DNA of 36,850 bases from Bdellovibrionota bacterium FG-1 (GCA_051382295.1 JBBCAW010000009.1:1-36850); one strand, 5' to 3'. Shown: positions 1 through 7,672, numbered from the stretch's first letter. A program made the numbers and translations. The notes: generated by a model from the sequence alone, not told the origin.

Positions 1-31
1 GAAAATCGATTCCGCAAAATAGTTTACCCAT
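1..31 (-). mobile_element. 5' end (first 10 codons) of a probable IS110-family DEDD transposase/recombinase, truncated by the window edge
   Basis: The minus strand reads ATG GGT AAA CTA TTT TGC GGA ATC GAT TTT C = MGKLFCGIDF, with the next codon starting with C (possibly H). GAAAGGAAAAAGCGCCC lies upstream. xxGID(L/F)H right after the start Met is typical of the first RuvC-like strand of IS110 proteins. Only 10 codons are visible, and other RNase H-fold proteins also start with GID. Confidence 0.5.
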
Positions 32-200
32 GGGCGCTTTTTCCTTTCGTTAAATATAGCAATTTGGGGAACGATAATTTCGTTACCCCGTAAATCGCAA
101 GGAAAAGGCGCCCTCCATGCCTCCAGGTATTTGTGGGCAAAACTTGACGGTCCAGAAATTGGCTCAACTGCACTCCTTCTGTGTTGATGGCACGGTTCGA
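32..200. ncRNA. Structured non-coding region upstream of the putative IS110 gene (candidate bridge/seek-type RNA)
   Basis: A 15-bp stem (32-46/99-113) encloses an internal loop and an inner hairpin (66-74/80-89). A second, bulged hairpin spans 123-162. The outer stem covers the putative RBS of the minus-strand gene. Confidence 0.35.
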
Positions 201-202
201 GC

Positions 203-232
203 TTGTATTTTGGCTATATACAGTTGTATAGT
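203..232 (+). promoter_or_regulatory. sigma70-like promoter with an overlapping palindromic operator for the MNT-HEPN operon
   Basis: TTGTAT(203-208)-N18-TATAGT(227-232). The palindrome TATACA-GT-TGTATA at 217-230 overlaps the -10 box. The ATG at 243 has no Shine-Dalgarno (SD) sequence, so the mRNA is probably nearly leaderless. Confidence 0.5.
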
Positions 233-242
233 ATTAACATAC

Positions 243-830
243 ATGGACGCACTAGAAGGGCTGCTGGCCTCACGAAGTCGCGCTGAGATCTTAAGGCTCC
301 TCTTTGACGGGGAGAACAAGGAGTTCTATTTGCGTGATATCGAGAGACGCACGGGTCTGATCATTCGGGCCGTCCAGCAAGAGACATCGAATCTCCTCAA
401 GCTGGATCTTATCAAGGCAAGAAGGGACGGAAACCGGCGCTATTTCATCGCGAATCGGACTCACCCCCTTTACTTAGAGCTTTGCCAAATCGTGCTGAAG
501 ACCTCAGGCTGGATCTCGGAGCTAAAGAAGGCACTCTCCCGCGATGGCGTCCGGCTGGCTTTTATTTTCGGTTCTATTGCCCGCGGAGAGGAAAGGGCCG
601 AGAGCGATATTGACCTAATGGTGGTGGGTGACATCGGGCTTCGGGCACTGTCGGGTTTGACGGGGCCGGTCTCGAGAAAGAGCCACCGGGTAATCAACCC
701 CCATGTCTACTCTTCGCAAGAGTTCGGTCGACGATTGAAGACGAAGGACCATTTTGTTACATCAGTTATTGAATCGAAAAAGCTATATCTGATAGGAGCA
801 GACGATGAGCTTGAAAGACTGGGTCACTGA
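243..830 (+). CDS. Winged-HTH (ArsR-like) plus minimal nucleotidyltransferase (MNT) antitoxin
   Basis: N-terminal HTH (SRSRAEILRLLF...YLRDIERRTG...RRDGNRRYF); nucleotidyltransferase motif FGSIARG...SDIDL. Start moved to ATG 243 (MDALEGLL) because the upstream extension runs through the promoter. Confidence 0.85.
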   Translation: MDALEGLLASRSRAEILRLLFDGENKEFYLRDIERRTGLIIRAVQQETSNLLKLDLIKARRDGNRRYFIANRTHPLYLELCQIVLKTSGWISELKKALSRDGVRLAFIFGSIARGEERAESDIDLMVVGDIGLRALSGLTGPVSRKSHRVINPHVYSSQEFGRRLKTKDHFVTSVIESKKLYLIGADDELERLGH

Positions 831-1248
831 AAGGCATCTTCGGCCCCATACGACGACCAAGAAGGAAATCAGCAGTCTTCTTGCTATCGTCGAGCGCGAT
901 ACGCGTGACGCAGCCGTTACAGGCAGTTCCGCGGACGCTCGTTTTGTTTCGGCCTATAACGCAGCACTTAAGCTCTGCACGATTCTTCTTTATGCGTCGG
1001 GATACCGGACATCGGGTACGGGGGCCCACTTCCACACAATTGAGGCAATGCCATTAATTCTGGGAGATAAAGTCCGAAAGGACGCCGACTACCTGGATTC
1101 CTGTAGAACGAATCGAAATCACGCCGAATATGACTTCGTAGATGTCGTTTCTGAGGACGAGGTCGTGGAATTAATCCTGTTTGCGAAACAACTAAAGGTA
1201 ACTGTCCTGAACTGGTTAAGCGAAAACCACGATGAACTTTTGCCGTAG
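805..1248 (+). CDS. HEPN-like domain protein (putative toxin partner of the MNT)
   Basis: Overlaps the MNT gene by 26 nt. Helical 147-aa protein with AYNAAL, GYR...H and RTNRNHAEY (HEPN-type RNxxxY motif). Confidence 0.75.
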   Translation: MSLKDWVTERHLRPHTTTKKEISSLLAIVERDTRDAAVTGSSADARFVSAYNAALKLCTILLYASGYRTSGTGAHFHTIEAMPLILGDKVRKDADYLDSCRTNRNHAEYDFVDVVSEDEVVELILFAKQLKVTVLNWLSENHDELLP

Positions 1249-1286
1249 TCACCATGACAACTAGACCAGGCCTGAGCTTCCCTTGA

Positions 1287-1388
1287 CAAAACTTTAATCA
1301 ATTTCTGACCCAAGCGTCCGGGCAAACTGTTTCGCGCCAAGAGCTCATCGCAGCCCTCACTAAAAACCTGGGTACGGAGGTTAGTTAA
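1287..1388 (+). pseudogene. Possible winged-helix gene fragment
   Basis: A frame with no start codon reads QNFNQFLTQASGQTVSRQELIAALTKNLGTEVS*, resembling the GxxVSRxEL segment of OmpR-type winged helices. Confidence 0.2.
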
Positions 1389-1418
1389 CCGGCCCAATTC
1401 CTTTGGTAATGACAGCAG

Positions 1419-1556
1419 AAAACTTGGCTACTTTTCGTTTTCGCCAAGGTTTTGTACTTTCTAGTCAGTTGGTTTGATTCGCTGAAATAGTGAGGTGGCC
1501 GTGGGTGCAGCATTAACCCCAGCGATCTCGCAAGGAAGAGATGCCTTGGTTTGGTC
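1419..1556. repeat. Dispersed two-hairpin element, copy 1 (split by a ~48-nt insert)
   Basis: 1419-1454 resembles 1745-1781, and 1503-1556 resembles 1781-1833. Hairpins are CTTGGC..GCCAAG and ATCTC..GAGAT. Confidence 0.6.
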
Positions 1557-1685
1557 CAACCTTGCCGCTCTTTCGGACGATCCGACCGAAAATCTGGCAT
1601 CAACCTTGCTCATGACGTCCCTGCCAAACTGAGCGGAGTATATCGGAAGTACCTGCTTCCTTCGTAAAAAGAAAGGAGGCATCCC

Positions 1686-1862
1686 ATGAAACGTAGTAAC
1701 CACAGTTATTACATTTATCGGATCCGGCTGGAGAAAATTAAGCTAAAATCTTGGCGGCTCTTCGTCTTTGCCAAGGCTTTGGGTGCAGCTTTAACCCAGG
1801 AGTTCTCAAGGTCGAGAGCCGCTCGGTTTGGTCTTCGCATAACCGCTCGATTTATATACTGA
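1686..1862 (+). CDS. 58-aa small ORF or remnant; N-terminus weakly resembles the pRiA4b ORF-3 family
   Basis: Strong SD (AAGGAGG) 6 nt before ATG 1686. Sequence MKRSNHSYYIYRIRLEKIKLKSWRLFVFAKALG...IY*. Below the ORF-track cutoff. The 3' two thirds overlap repeat copy 2. Confidence 0.3.
   Translation: MKRSNHSYYIYRIRLEKIKLKSWRLFVFAKALGAALTQEFSRSRAARFGLRITARFIY
1745..1833. repeat. Dispersed two-hairpin element, copy 2
   Basis: Shares the exact strings AGGAGTTCTC and GGTCGAGAGCCGCT with 3848-3875, and GGGTGCAGC..TTAACCC and GGTTTGGTC with copy 1. Confidence 0.65.
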
Positions 1863-1920
1863 TTGTGTAAAATAACCAACCACTTGACTCTAGTATTAAA
1901 CCCATTCACAATAATAATAA

Positions 1921-1970
1921 CCTATCGGCTTTCGGGGTGCCTCATATTTTGAGGGCAAAAAGCCGATAGG
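1921..1970. promoter_or_regulatory. Perfect 12-bp inverted repeat just upstream of the 606-aa gene; each arm contains GCCGATAG (sigma28 -10-like)
   Basis: CCTATCGGCTTT (1921-1932) and AAAGCCGATAGG (1959-1970). The match to a sigma28 -35 box is poor. Confidence 0.4.
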
Positions 1971-1982
1971 TCTCGCAGGGGG

Positions 1983-3803
1983 ATGGGTATGAAGATCCAA
2001 ATGAGAATCACGGCCACCATTACGATGCTCTCGCAATTCTGGGCGCTTGCGCTGCCAGCGCTGTCGTGGGGGATTGCGGATGTGACCGGAGATCCAACCA
2101 AAACGAATGTCAGCGCCCTCACACCAACGATTAACTGTGATGATTACTGTAATAAGTTGGTCGTTGGCGAAATGGACGAAGACGGAAAAAACGGAAAAAA
2201 CTTTAATGGCGAGAATAAAGACTGGTCGACCAAAACGGACAGTGAACATTACACTTTGACAACTCCTGGTAATAAGACTGGCGGCATTGGCGGAACAGGC
2301 TGGACTCCTGAAGATGACATATGGTGCGTAACCCATGGCACACCGAGTGGTAACTCATCCGTTACACCGACAAGTTCGCCCACTCCTTCCACTTCAGCCG
2401 AGGCCAAAGGTTGTAATGTGGTGATGGTCGATAAGGACACAAGTTGTAAAGATACTAGTCTTGGAATGTTTCGTTGTCAGATGCATGGGAGCCAGGTGAT
2501 TCCACAGTGCTTGGCTTATAGGGCCGTGGGGGATGCTATCGCGGCTCAAGCTATCGTGACTGTACTCGATGTTGCTGCTGCAGCCACTTGTGGTACAGCC
2601 TGCGGAGGCGCAGCGGTGGGAGTTTTGGAACCTGTTTGCCAAGGAGCAGGAGCCGCAGCGGGCGTCGCCGAAATGGTGAGCGTCTTTGCGATGTCCAGCG
2701 GTGTCGTTCAAAGTATTATCAGCGGAATCGGCGCGGCGGGCGGACTCGGAGCGACAGCGTGGGGGCTTTCTAATGCCGGGGATTCAGGGGGATGGGGAGT
2801 GGGAACGGGGGCGGACGTGGACGCTGCAAAAAAAGCGGAACAAACGGCGCAACACAAAGCTAGTGAATTAGCGCAAGGGAACACCACAACCCCCGCTGGC
2901 CCAGTTGGGGACGCTGATGACGTTAAAAACGCGCAGGGCGAGGCAACGAAGGCGTCCGGCAAAGTAAAAGACGCTAAAGACGCTGAAAACAGCCAACGCA
3001 ACGCCGCCTGTATGGCCGCGGCCTTTTTTACCGTACTCATCGGCCTAAGAATCGCGAACGCGTTGACTTACAAAGCCAAGCTTCACAAAGATGCCTGCCA
3101 AGCAGTAACCGATCTCGCAAGTAAAGTGACTACCACTAGTCCAAGCACGGCCGGAGACGGCGCGGGCGCGCAATACGGCGGTTACGGCGGCCCCACGGGC
3201 AATGGTAACGGCTCTGGCTCTGGTGCAAACGGAGGCGGGGGCAATACGGGTGGTGGAACTACTGACGGTTCAGGCACAACCCAAACTAGTTGTACCGGGG
3301 TAAATGGTTGCAGCAATGTTCCACCTACTCAGGCACGTTCGACAGACGGCGGAAATCTTATTCGCTCCGGCCTCGACAAAGCACTCGGACCCAAAACCGC
3401 AGAAATCGCAGACCTTCTCAAAAAAGGCCTCACGCCCGGGCAAATCATTCAAGGCGCCATGGGTGGCGGTAACCCAGAAATGGCTGCGGCCTTTGGTGCG
3501 CTCGCTACAGCCGCGCAAGAGCATGCTTCTGACCTCATGGGTGCCGTCAACCTCGGCATGCCCTCCAGTGCCTATAGCGGCGGCGGGGGCTCAGGTGGGG
3601 GTGGTAGCCGAAGCAGTGACTCCAGCAATCCTTTCGCAAGCCTCTTTGGCGGTGGCGCAAAGGATGCCGCAGGACGTACGCCGGGATCCGAAATGTTTGG
3701 TGCTCACAAACAAAACGATATCTGGCACACCGGCACGCCTATGAATATTTTTGAAATCGTTTCGGGCAAAGTGTCACAGGTGACTTCAAGAGTCGGGAAG
3801 TAA
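1983..3803 (+). CDS. Secreted Cys-rich, Gly/Ala-rich hypothetical protein (606 aa)
   Basis: N-terminal signal peptide, multiple Cys, hydrophobic Gly/Ala helices, a Lys/Ala coiled segment, a long Gly/Ser linker and C-terminal NIFEIVSGK. Confidence 0.85.
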   Translation: MGMKIQMRITATITMLSQFWALALPALSWGIADVTGDPTKTNVSALTPTINCDDYCNKLVVGEMDEDGKNGKNFNGENKDWSTKTDSEHYTLTTPGNKTGGIGGTGWTPEDDIWCVTHGTPSGNSSVTPTSSPTPSTSAEAKGCNVVMVDKDTSCKDTSLGMFRCQMHGSQVIPQCLAYRAVGDAIAAQAIVTVLDVAAAATCGTACGGAAVGVLEPVCQGAGAAAGVAEMVSVFAMSSGVVQSIISGIGAAGGLGATAWGLSNAGDSGGWGVGTGADVDAAKKAEQTAQHKASELAQGNTTTPAGPVGDADDVKNAQGEATKASGKVKDAKDAENSQRNAACMAAAFFTVLIGLRIANALTYKAKLHKDACQAVTDLASKVTTTSPSTAGDGAGAQYGGYGGPTGNGNGSGSGANGGGGNTGGGTTDGSGTTQTSCTGVNGCSNVPPTQARSTDGGNLIRSGLDKALGPKTAEIADLLKKGLTPGQIIQGAMGGGNPEMAAAFGALATAAQEHASDLMGAVNLGMPSSAYSGGGGSGGGGSRSSDSSNPFASLFGGGAKDAAGRTPGSEMFGAHKQNDIWHTGTPMNIFEIVSGKVSQVTSRVGK

Positions 3804-3892
3804 AGCCTCGGCACTGATTTACTTGCCAGCTACTTAAGACAGCCCTGAGGAGTTCTCTCACGGTCGAGAGCCGCTTAGTCTGGTCCTTTTTT
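3802..3892. repeat. Dispersed two-hairpin element, copy 3, followed by a T run (possible terminator)
   Basis: Begins at the stop codon of the 606-aa gene. Hairpins GGCA..TGCC and CTCTC-ACGGTC-GAGAG. Ends TGGTCCTTTTTT. Confidence 0.55.
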
Positions 3893-4027
3893 AATTTTTG
3901 CAATAAATTTTTCACATGACCAAATGCTTCAAAAAAAACGTCAAACAATTCAGTGACATTTGACCTCGCTTTTTTTTGTAAGGCCGCCCTCTGGACTTCA
4001 ACCTTTCTCTACGTTACTTCTCCCTCC

Positions 4028-4294
4028 ATGGAAAAGACTTCGATGGAGATGATTTTATCCGAACTGATTCGGATCAACTCGCAGGTGAACGAGTTACGTG
4101 GAGAATTTAACGAACTGCGGGCTGAATATAGAACCAAAACCCGAGTCCACGAAGAAAATCGATTTTTCTCAAAAAACGAGACAGAAATTCATGACCTTGA
4201 ACCGATATTGAAATCTTTCAGTGAAAAGATCGCGCGATATTACGGAGCCAGCCCCCGTTTTTTTGAGCAGAGAAAACAGAAAATTTCACTTTAA
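4028..4294 (+). CDS. Small coiled-coil protein, paralog 1 (88 aa)
   Basis: MEKTSMEMILSELIRINSQV aligns with the start of the next gene (MEKASIEMILAELLRMNSKI), which supports ATG 4028 as the start. Heptads NELRGEF and NELRAEY. Confidence 0.7.
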   Translation: MEKTSMEMILSELIRINSQVNELRGEFNELRAEYRTKTRVHEENRFFSKNETEIHDLEPILKSFSEKIARYYGASPRFFEQRKQKISL

Positions 4295-4359
4295 ATACCC
4301 TTATCCAATGAACATTATTTTAACTAGACACCCCTTTCCTTTCGAGTTATTCAACCGCC

Positions 4360-4719
4360 ATGGAAAAAGCGTCGATTGAAATGATCTTAGCCGAACTTCT
4401 TCGAATGAATTCGAAAATCGACGGACTTCAGGAGCAAGCCAAGATCTACGCTGACAAGATTGATCAGCAGTTCAACGGCTTGCGCACCGAGTTCAACGGC
4501 TTGCGCACCGAGTTCAACGGCTTGCGCACCGAGTTCAACGAGCTACGCACTGAATTCAGCGAGCTACGCATTGAATTCAGAATCCACGCCAACGAAAATA
4601 AATACGAATTTCAAAGAGTTCACAAAATCATGGATGGAATCTCTGAACAGACCGCGCGTAACCATGAAGACATCACGGCACTTCGCAACCCACCCAAAAG
4701 TACGCCGTCAGCGTTCTAA
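4360..4719 (+). CDS. Small coiled-coil protein, paralog 2 (119 aa), with tandem heptads
   Basis: FNGLRTE x3, then FNELRTE and FSELRIE. Confidence 0.85.
   Translation: MEKASIEMILAELLRMNSKIDGLQEQAKIYADKIDQQFNGLRTEFNGLRTEFNGLRTEFNELRTEFSELRIEFRIHANENKYEFQRVHKIMDGISEQTARNHEDITALRNPPKSTPSAF
4471..4575 (+). repeat. 21-bp in-frame tandem repeat (3 perfect and 2 degenerate copies)
   Basis: TTCAACGGCTTGCGCACCGAG at 4471, 4492 and 4513; variants at 4534 and 4555. Confidence 0.95.
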
Positions 4720-6095
4720 AATACCCCATCCCGCCCCACCGTCACGCTCAGTCGACCATGAACGGGGTGCCAGCCCATAGGATGCACCCAAGTAAACGGC
4801 TCGATCTGAATGGGTTTCACAAGAGTACCGTCGCGCCTTTGATCCAAAGCTTGTTGCAATAGCGCCGCGCCTTTTGGCCACTCCACATTAACCCGTCGAT
4901 AGATGTTGGGCCACGAAAACACGCAATGGGCCGCCAAAAGAAGAACTCCTATCCCTGGGCCAAGCCTCAACCACCGTCCGCCCGCCCGCCGCCAAATTTC
5001 ATAAAAAACGGCCGCCCAGAAAATGAGCGCGACCACTCCGGGCAGATAAGAATATCGGAGGCCCCAGGCCGGGCCGCCACTATTTCGTAAAACCTGTCCA
5101 ATCGCATAACCACGTGAAATCGCTACTACCCCGTATTGCGAGACCAGGCAAAAAAAACAGAGCATGAGCGGAAAAAAGTATTCGTTCGTCCATGTGCGAG
5201 TGCTCCTCGCAAACCAAACCGCTACCGCGAGCACCAAAAAAACCGCGCCCCAAAAAATCCAAAAATTACGCATCAACAAACCACAAAAATGGTCACCCAA
5301 AAAGGGCAGCATGAGCAAACGGACCACCGAGTTTTCGAGCAAAATCTGCGGCAGCAGCCAAAGCCGCGCATAATTCAGCAAATGCGTTTGCGTACCCACT
5401 TGGTGATTTCCAAAGGCATTGATCAAGATGACCGGAATAAAAGCCAACAACAACCCAAAATAGCGTCGGTCTTGAGTGCGCCATCCCAGGTAGGCCACAA
5501 AAGGGGCCAGTAAAAACATCTGACCCGCCGAAAAAAGCAGGACGATCAGAAACACAAGTTTAAACCGACTCAGAGCAAAGGGTTTTTCAAGTAAGAGCAA
5601 TAGTCCGAGAAAGGTAAGGACACTCGATAAGTTGCAAAGATTAAAGAACCCCTCCGCCGTTCCGGGGCCGATCGCCAAGAGGGCGCATAAGGCCACGCGA
5701 GCCCGCGCCGACGGAAGGATCCAAGAAAACCCGTCTCTTGCAAAGTATCCCGTCACGCCTGCGCCGATTGCAAAGGTGAGCCAGGCGTAAAAGTACGGTG
5801 CCCAGACCACTGAAAATGCATTCGCAAGAAGGGCAATTACCCGCGACAAAAAAAAGTGATAACCATAAACCGGAGTCCAGAGACTCTTTACCCCCATTGA
5901 AAGCGCGCCCACGAAAAACTCTGGCGCATCTTCAGCCCAAAACTCCGGCCGCAATAAGGGAATAGGGTTTCGTAAGGCAAGCAAGAGCGCACAAAGCAGC
6001 ATGGCCAAAACATAGGGCGATTTGATCCGCCCCCAGAGGCGTTCCCTTGTATTAATGGCTAAGCTTTCGAAAACAGACGTGAACCGAGTAATCAA
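4716..6095 (-). CDS. Polytopic membrane protein, GT-C-fold glycosyltransferase-like (start uncertain)
   Basis: About 11-12 hydrophobic segments. The first loop LRNP..LRPEFWAED carries an acidic pair, followed by PVYGY, and a late RYSY motif. The TTG start overlaps the upstream gene; ATG ~6002 is an alternative. Confidence 0.7.
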   Translation of the reverse strand: MITRFTSVFESLAINTRERLWGRIKSPYVLAMLLCALLLALRNPIPLLRPEFWAEDAPEFFVGALSMGVKSLWTPVYGYHFFLSRVIALLANAFSVVWAPYFYAWLTFAIGAGVTGYFARDGFSWILPSARARVALCALLAIGPGTAEGFFNLCNLSSVLTFLGLLLLLEKPFALSRFKLVFLIVLLFSAGQMFLLAPFVAYLGWRTQDRRYFGLLLAFIPVILINAFGNHQVGTQTHLLNYARLWLLPQILLENSVVRLLMLPFLGDHFCGLLMRNFWIFWGAVFLVLAVAVWFARSTRTWTNEYFFPLMLCFFCLVSQYGVVAISRGYAIGQVLRNSGGPAWGLRYSYLPGVVALIFWAAVFYEIWRRAGGRWLRLGPGIGVLLLAAHCVFSWPNIYRRVNVEWPKGAALLQQALDQRRDGTLVKPIQIEPFTWVHPMGWHPVHGRLSVTVGRDGVF

Positions 6096-6837
6096 TGAAG
6101 CAGCTTTTTACCGCATTGATTCGTTCAAAGCCGTGCTTTTTTAAAATAGAAGTCAACTGCTTGGCATTGGTCCCATGCGGGCCTGAGTCCAGCATTGCAA
6201 TTCCACCTGGCCGCAAGACATACGCCACTTGTTCAGCCAACTTTTCAGTCGTTTCAGGCCTGAAATGAACGCCCACCGCACCACAGCAGTTAATCAGATC
6301 CACCGACTCCGGCGCCAAAGGCCGCTCTTGCTCGTCCACGAAAGGCTCAAGCACCGACCGCGCGACAAAGGCCACTTGAGCGGGCGTCCCATCGAAATGA
6401 TGGTAACGGTCCAAACGCACCCGCGCGCGCGCGACAAATTCTGGATTGGCTTCGATCCCTAAAATTCGGGAATGCGGGGGGAGAAAACAAGACAAAACCT
6501 CGGTCGATTGGCCGACCCCACAACAGAGATCGACCGCGAAAATCGGGCGATTAGGAACCCGACCATTGAGATTTCGAGGAACCGTTCGCCAATTTGCCCA
6601 CTGTTGTCGAGCATTAATACCCTCAAACTCCGATATGGTCATCGCTTGATAAGCTTTTCGGGCCTGCGTGTTTTCGCTCTGCCTAAAATTTACCCCCTTC
6701 ATCAGGCGAAGCTTCAGTTTTTCTGAAACCGCTTGCTTCAAAATAATACCAACTAGGGTTTTTCCAGCCTGCCGCTTTTGGGCATTTTGCCGAAGAGTTT
6801 TATCTGAAAAAGAAAGGGTATGGGCGAGTTGAGTCAT
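6052..6837 (-). CDS. Class I SAM-dependent methyltransferase
   Basis: Motif I AVDLCCGVG, motif II ILGIE, SVDLI and VLRPGG. Start placed at ATG 6837, 14 nt after the deaminase stop. Confidence 0.85.
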   Translation of the reverse strand: MTQLAHTLSFSDKTLRQNAQKRQAGKTLVGIILKQAVSEKLKLRLMKGVNFRQSENTQARKAYQAMTISEFEGINARQQWANWRTVPRNLNGRVPNRPIFAVDLCCGVGQSTEVLSCFLPPHSRILGIEANPEFVARARVRLDRYHHFDGTPAQVAFVARSVLEPFVDEQERPLAPESVDLINCCGAVGVHFRPETTEKLAEQVAYVLRPGGIAMLDSGPHGTNAKQLTSILKKHGFERINAVKSCFIDYSVHVCFRKLSH

Positions 6838-6850
6838 GCCGAGTGGAACT

Positions 6851-7672
6851 TTACCTCCAACACGGGCCCGCTGGCAACCCCAAGTCAGAAATTCTCCTTT
6901 CGAGGACTTTTTGGACCCAAAAGGGCTCCTGGCCCCTCGTTGCACGTCGACGCTCAAAGCTCTGTGGGGTCAGAACAGTCGATCGTCCCATCGGTCCAGA
7001 GTCTTCTTCGTCATAAAAAACAGTCAAGTGCATCGGGTTGGACGCCGCATCCCAGATCATCCCTGCGCACATTTTACAGCATTTTAGCGTGGTATAGAGC
7101 TGGGTTCCGGCGGCTAAACTCCGTTGGGTTGCTCCACAATACCCGCGAATGAGGTTCACCTCCGCATGTCGAATTCGATTTTGTGCACTCGAATTGAAAG
7201 CCGCAGATAGGAGCTTTCCTTCGGGGCTCACCAAGAGTGCCGCTATCCGGCGGTCACTGAGATATTTGGCCGATTGAATTTGCACACGCGCGGCTAAGTC
7301 TCGAGCCAATTGCATATAATCTGCAGGGGTGCGGTCGGCGGCAAAACTGGGAATGGTCGCCAAGTCTACCCAACCCGAGGTGTCTAAACTCGGCTTAAGT
7401 TCAATCCAATGCCCTGGCCATGGGGAAGGTGGCGCGAGCCCCCATGCAATTCGCTTAGCGGCAACCTTGACCGCGCCAAAATCGATTTCCCCCAAATGGG
7501 GTGCCGTCGTAAATATCTTGCGGCGTAAAATACGGCGGGCGTGTTCAGGTTTTTGCTCCCAAATGCCCTCAATCAGGCGCACCACGGCTGAGTCGGCCAC
7601 TGGCCGAGGCCACGGACAAGTGGCAAAATAACGCCAATCTCCGTCTTCGAGCCAAGCGATTTCTTGAATCAT
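6851..7672 (-). CDS. Bd3614-like nucleic acid/nucleotide deaminase
   Basis: Zn-deaminase motifs HAEVNL and YTTLKCCKMCAG, preceded by DRRIAALLV..G. The distinct N-terminal domain (SAVVRLIEG...ILRRKIFTT...GAVKVAAKR) is as in the Bd3614 family. Confidence 0.8.
   Translation of the reverse strand: MIQEIAWLEDGDWRYFATCPWPRPVADSAVVRLIEGIWEQKPEHARRILRRKIFTTAPHLGEIDFGAVKVAAKRIAWGLAPPSPWPGHWIELKPSLDTSGWVDLATIPSFAADRTPADYMQLARDLAARVQIQSAKYLSDRRIAALLVSPEGKLLSAAFNSSAQNRIRHAEVNLIRGYCGATQRSLAAGTQLYTTLKCCKMCAGMIWDAASNPMHLTVFYDEEDSGPMGRSTVLTPQSFERRRATRGQEPFWVQKVLERRISDLGLPAGPCWR

Noticed and set aside
190..205. GGTTCGA as a tRNA T-loop
   Set aside because: No T-stem, cloverleaf or acceptor stem can be formed around it.
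117..242. N-terminal extension of the 237-aa ORF
   Set aside because: It runs through hairpins and the promoter/operator; the recognisable wHTH begins at ATG 243.
1419..3892. Integron attC cassette array
   Set aside because: The repeats lack RYYYAAC/GTTRRRY ends and no integrase is visible.
4471..4575. Possible CRISPR or non-coding repeat
   Set aside because: Contiguous in-frame 21-bp units encoding coiled-coil heptads.
6838..6957. Longer start for the methyltransferase
   Set aside because: It would overlap the deaminase by over 100 nt; ATG 6837 follows the deaminase stop.
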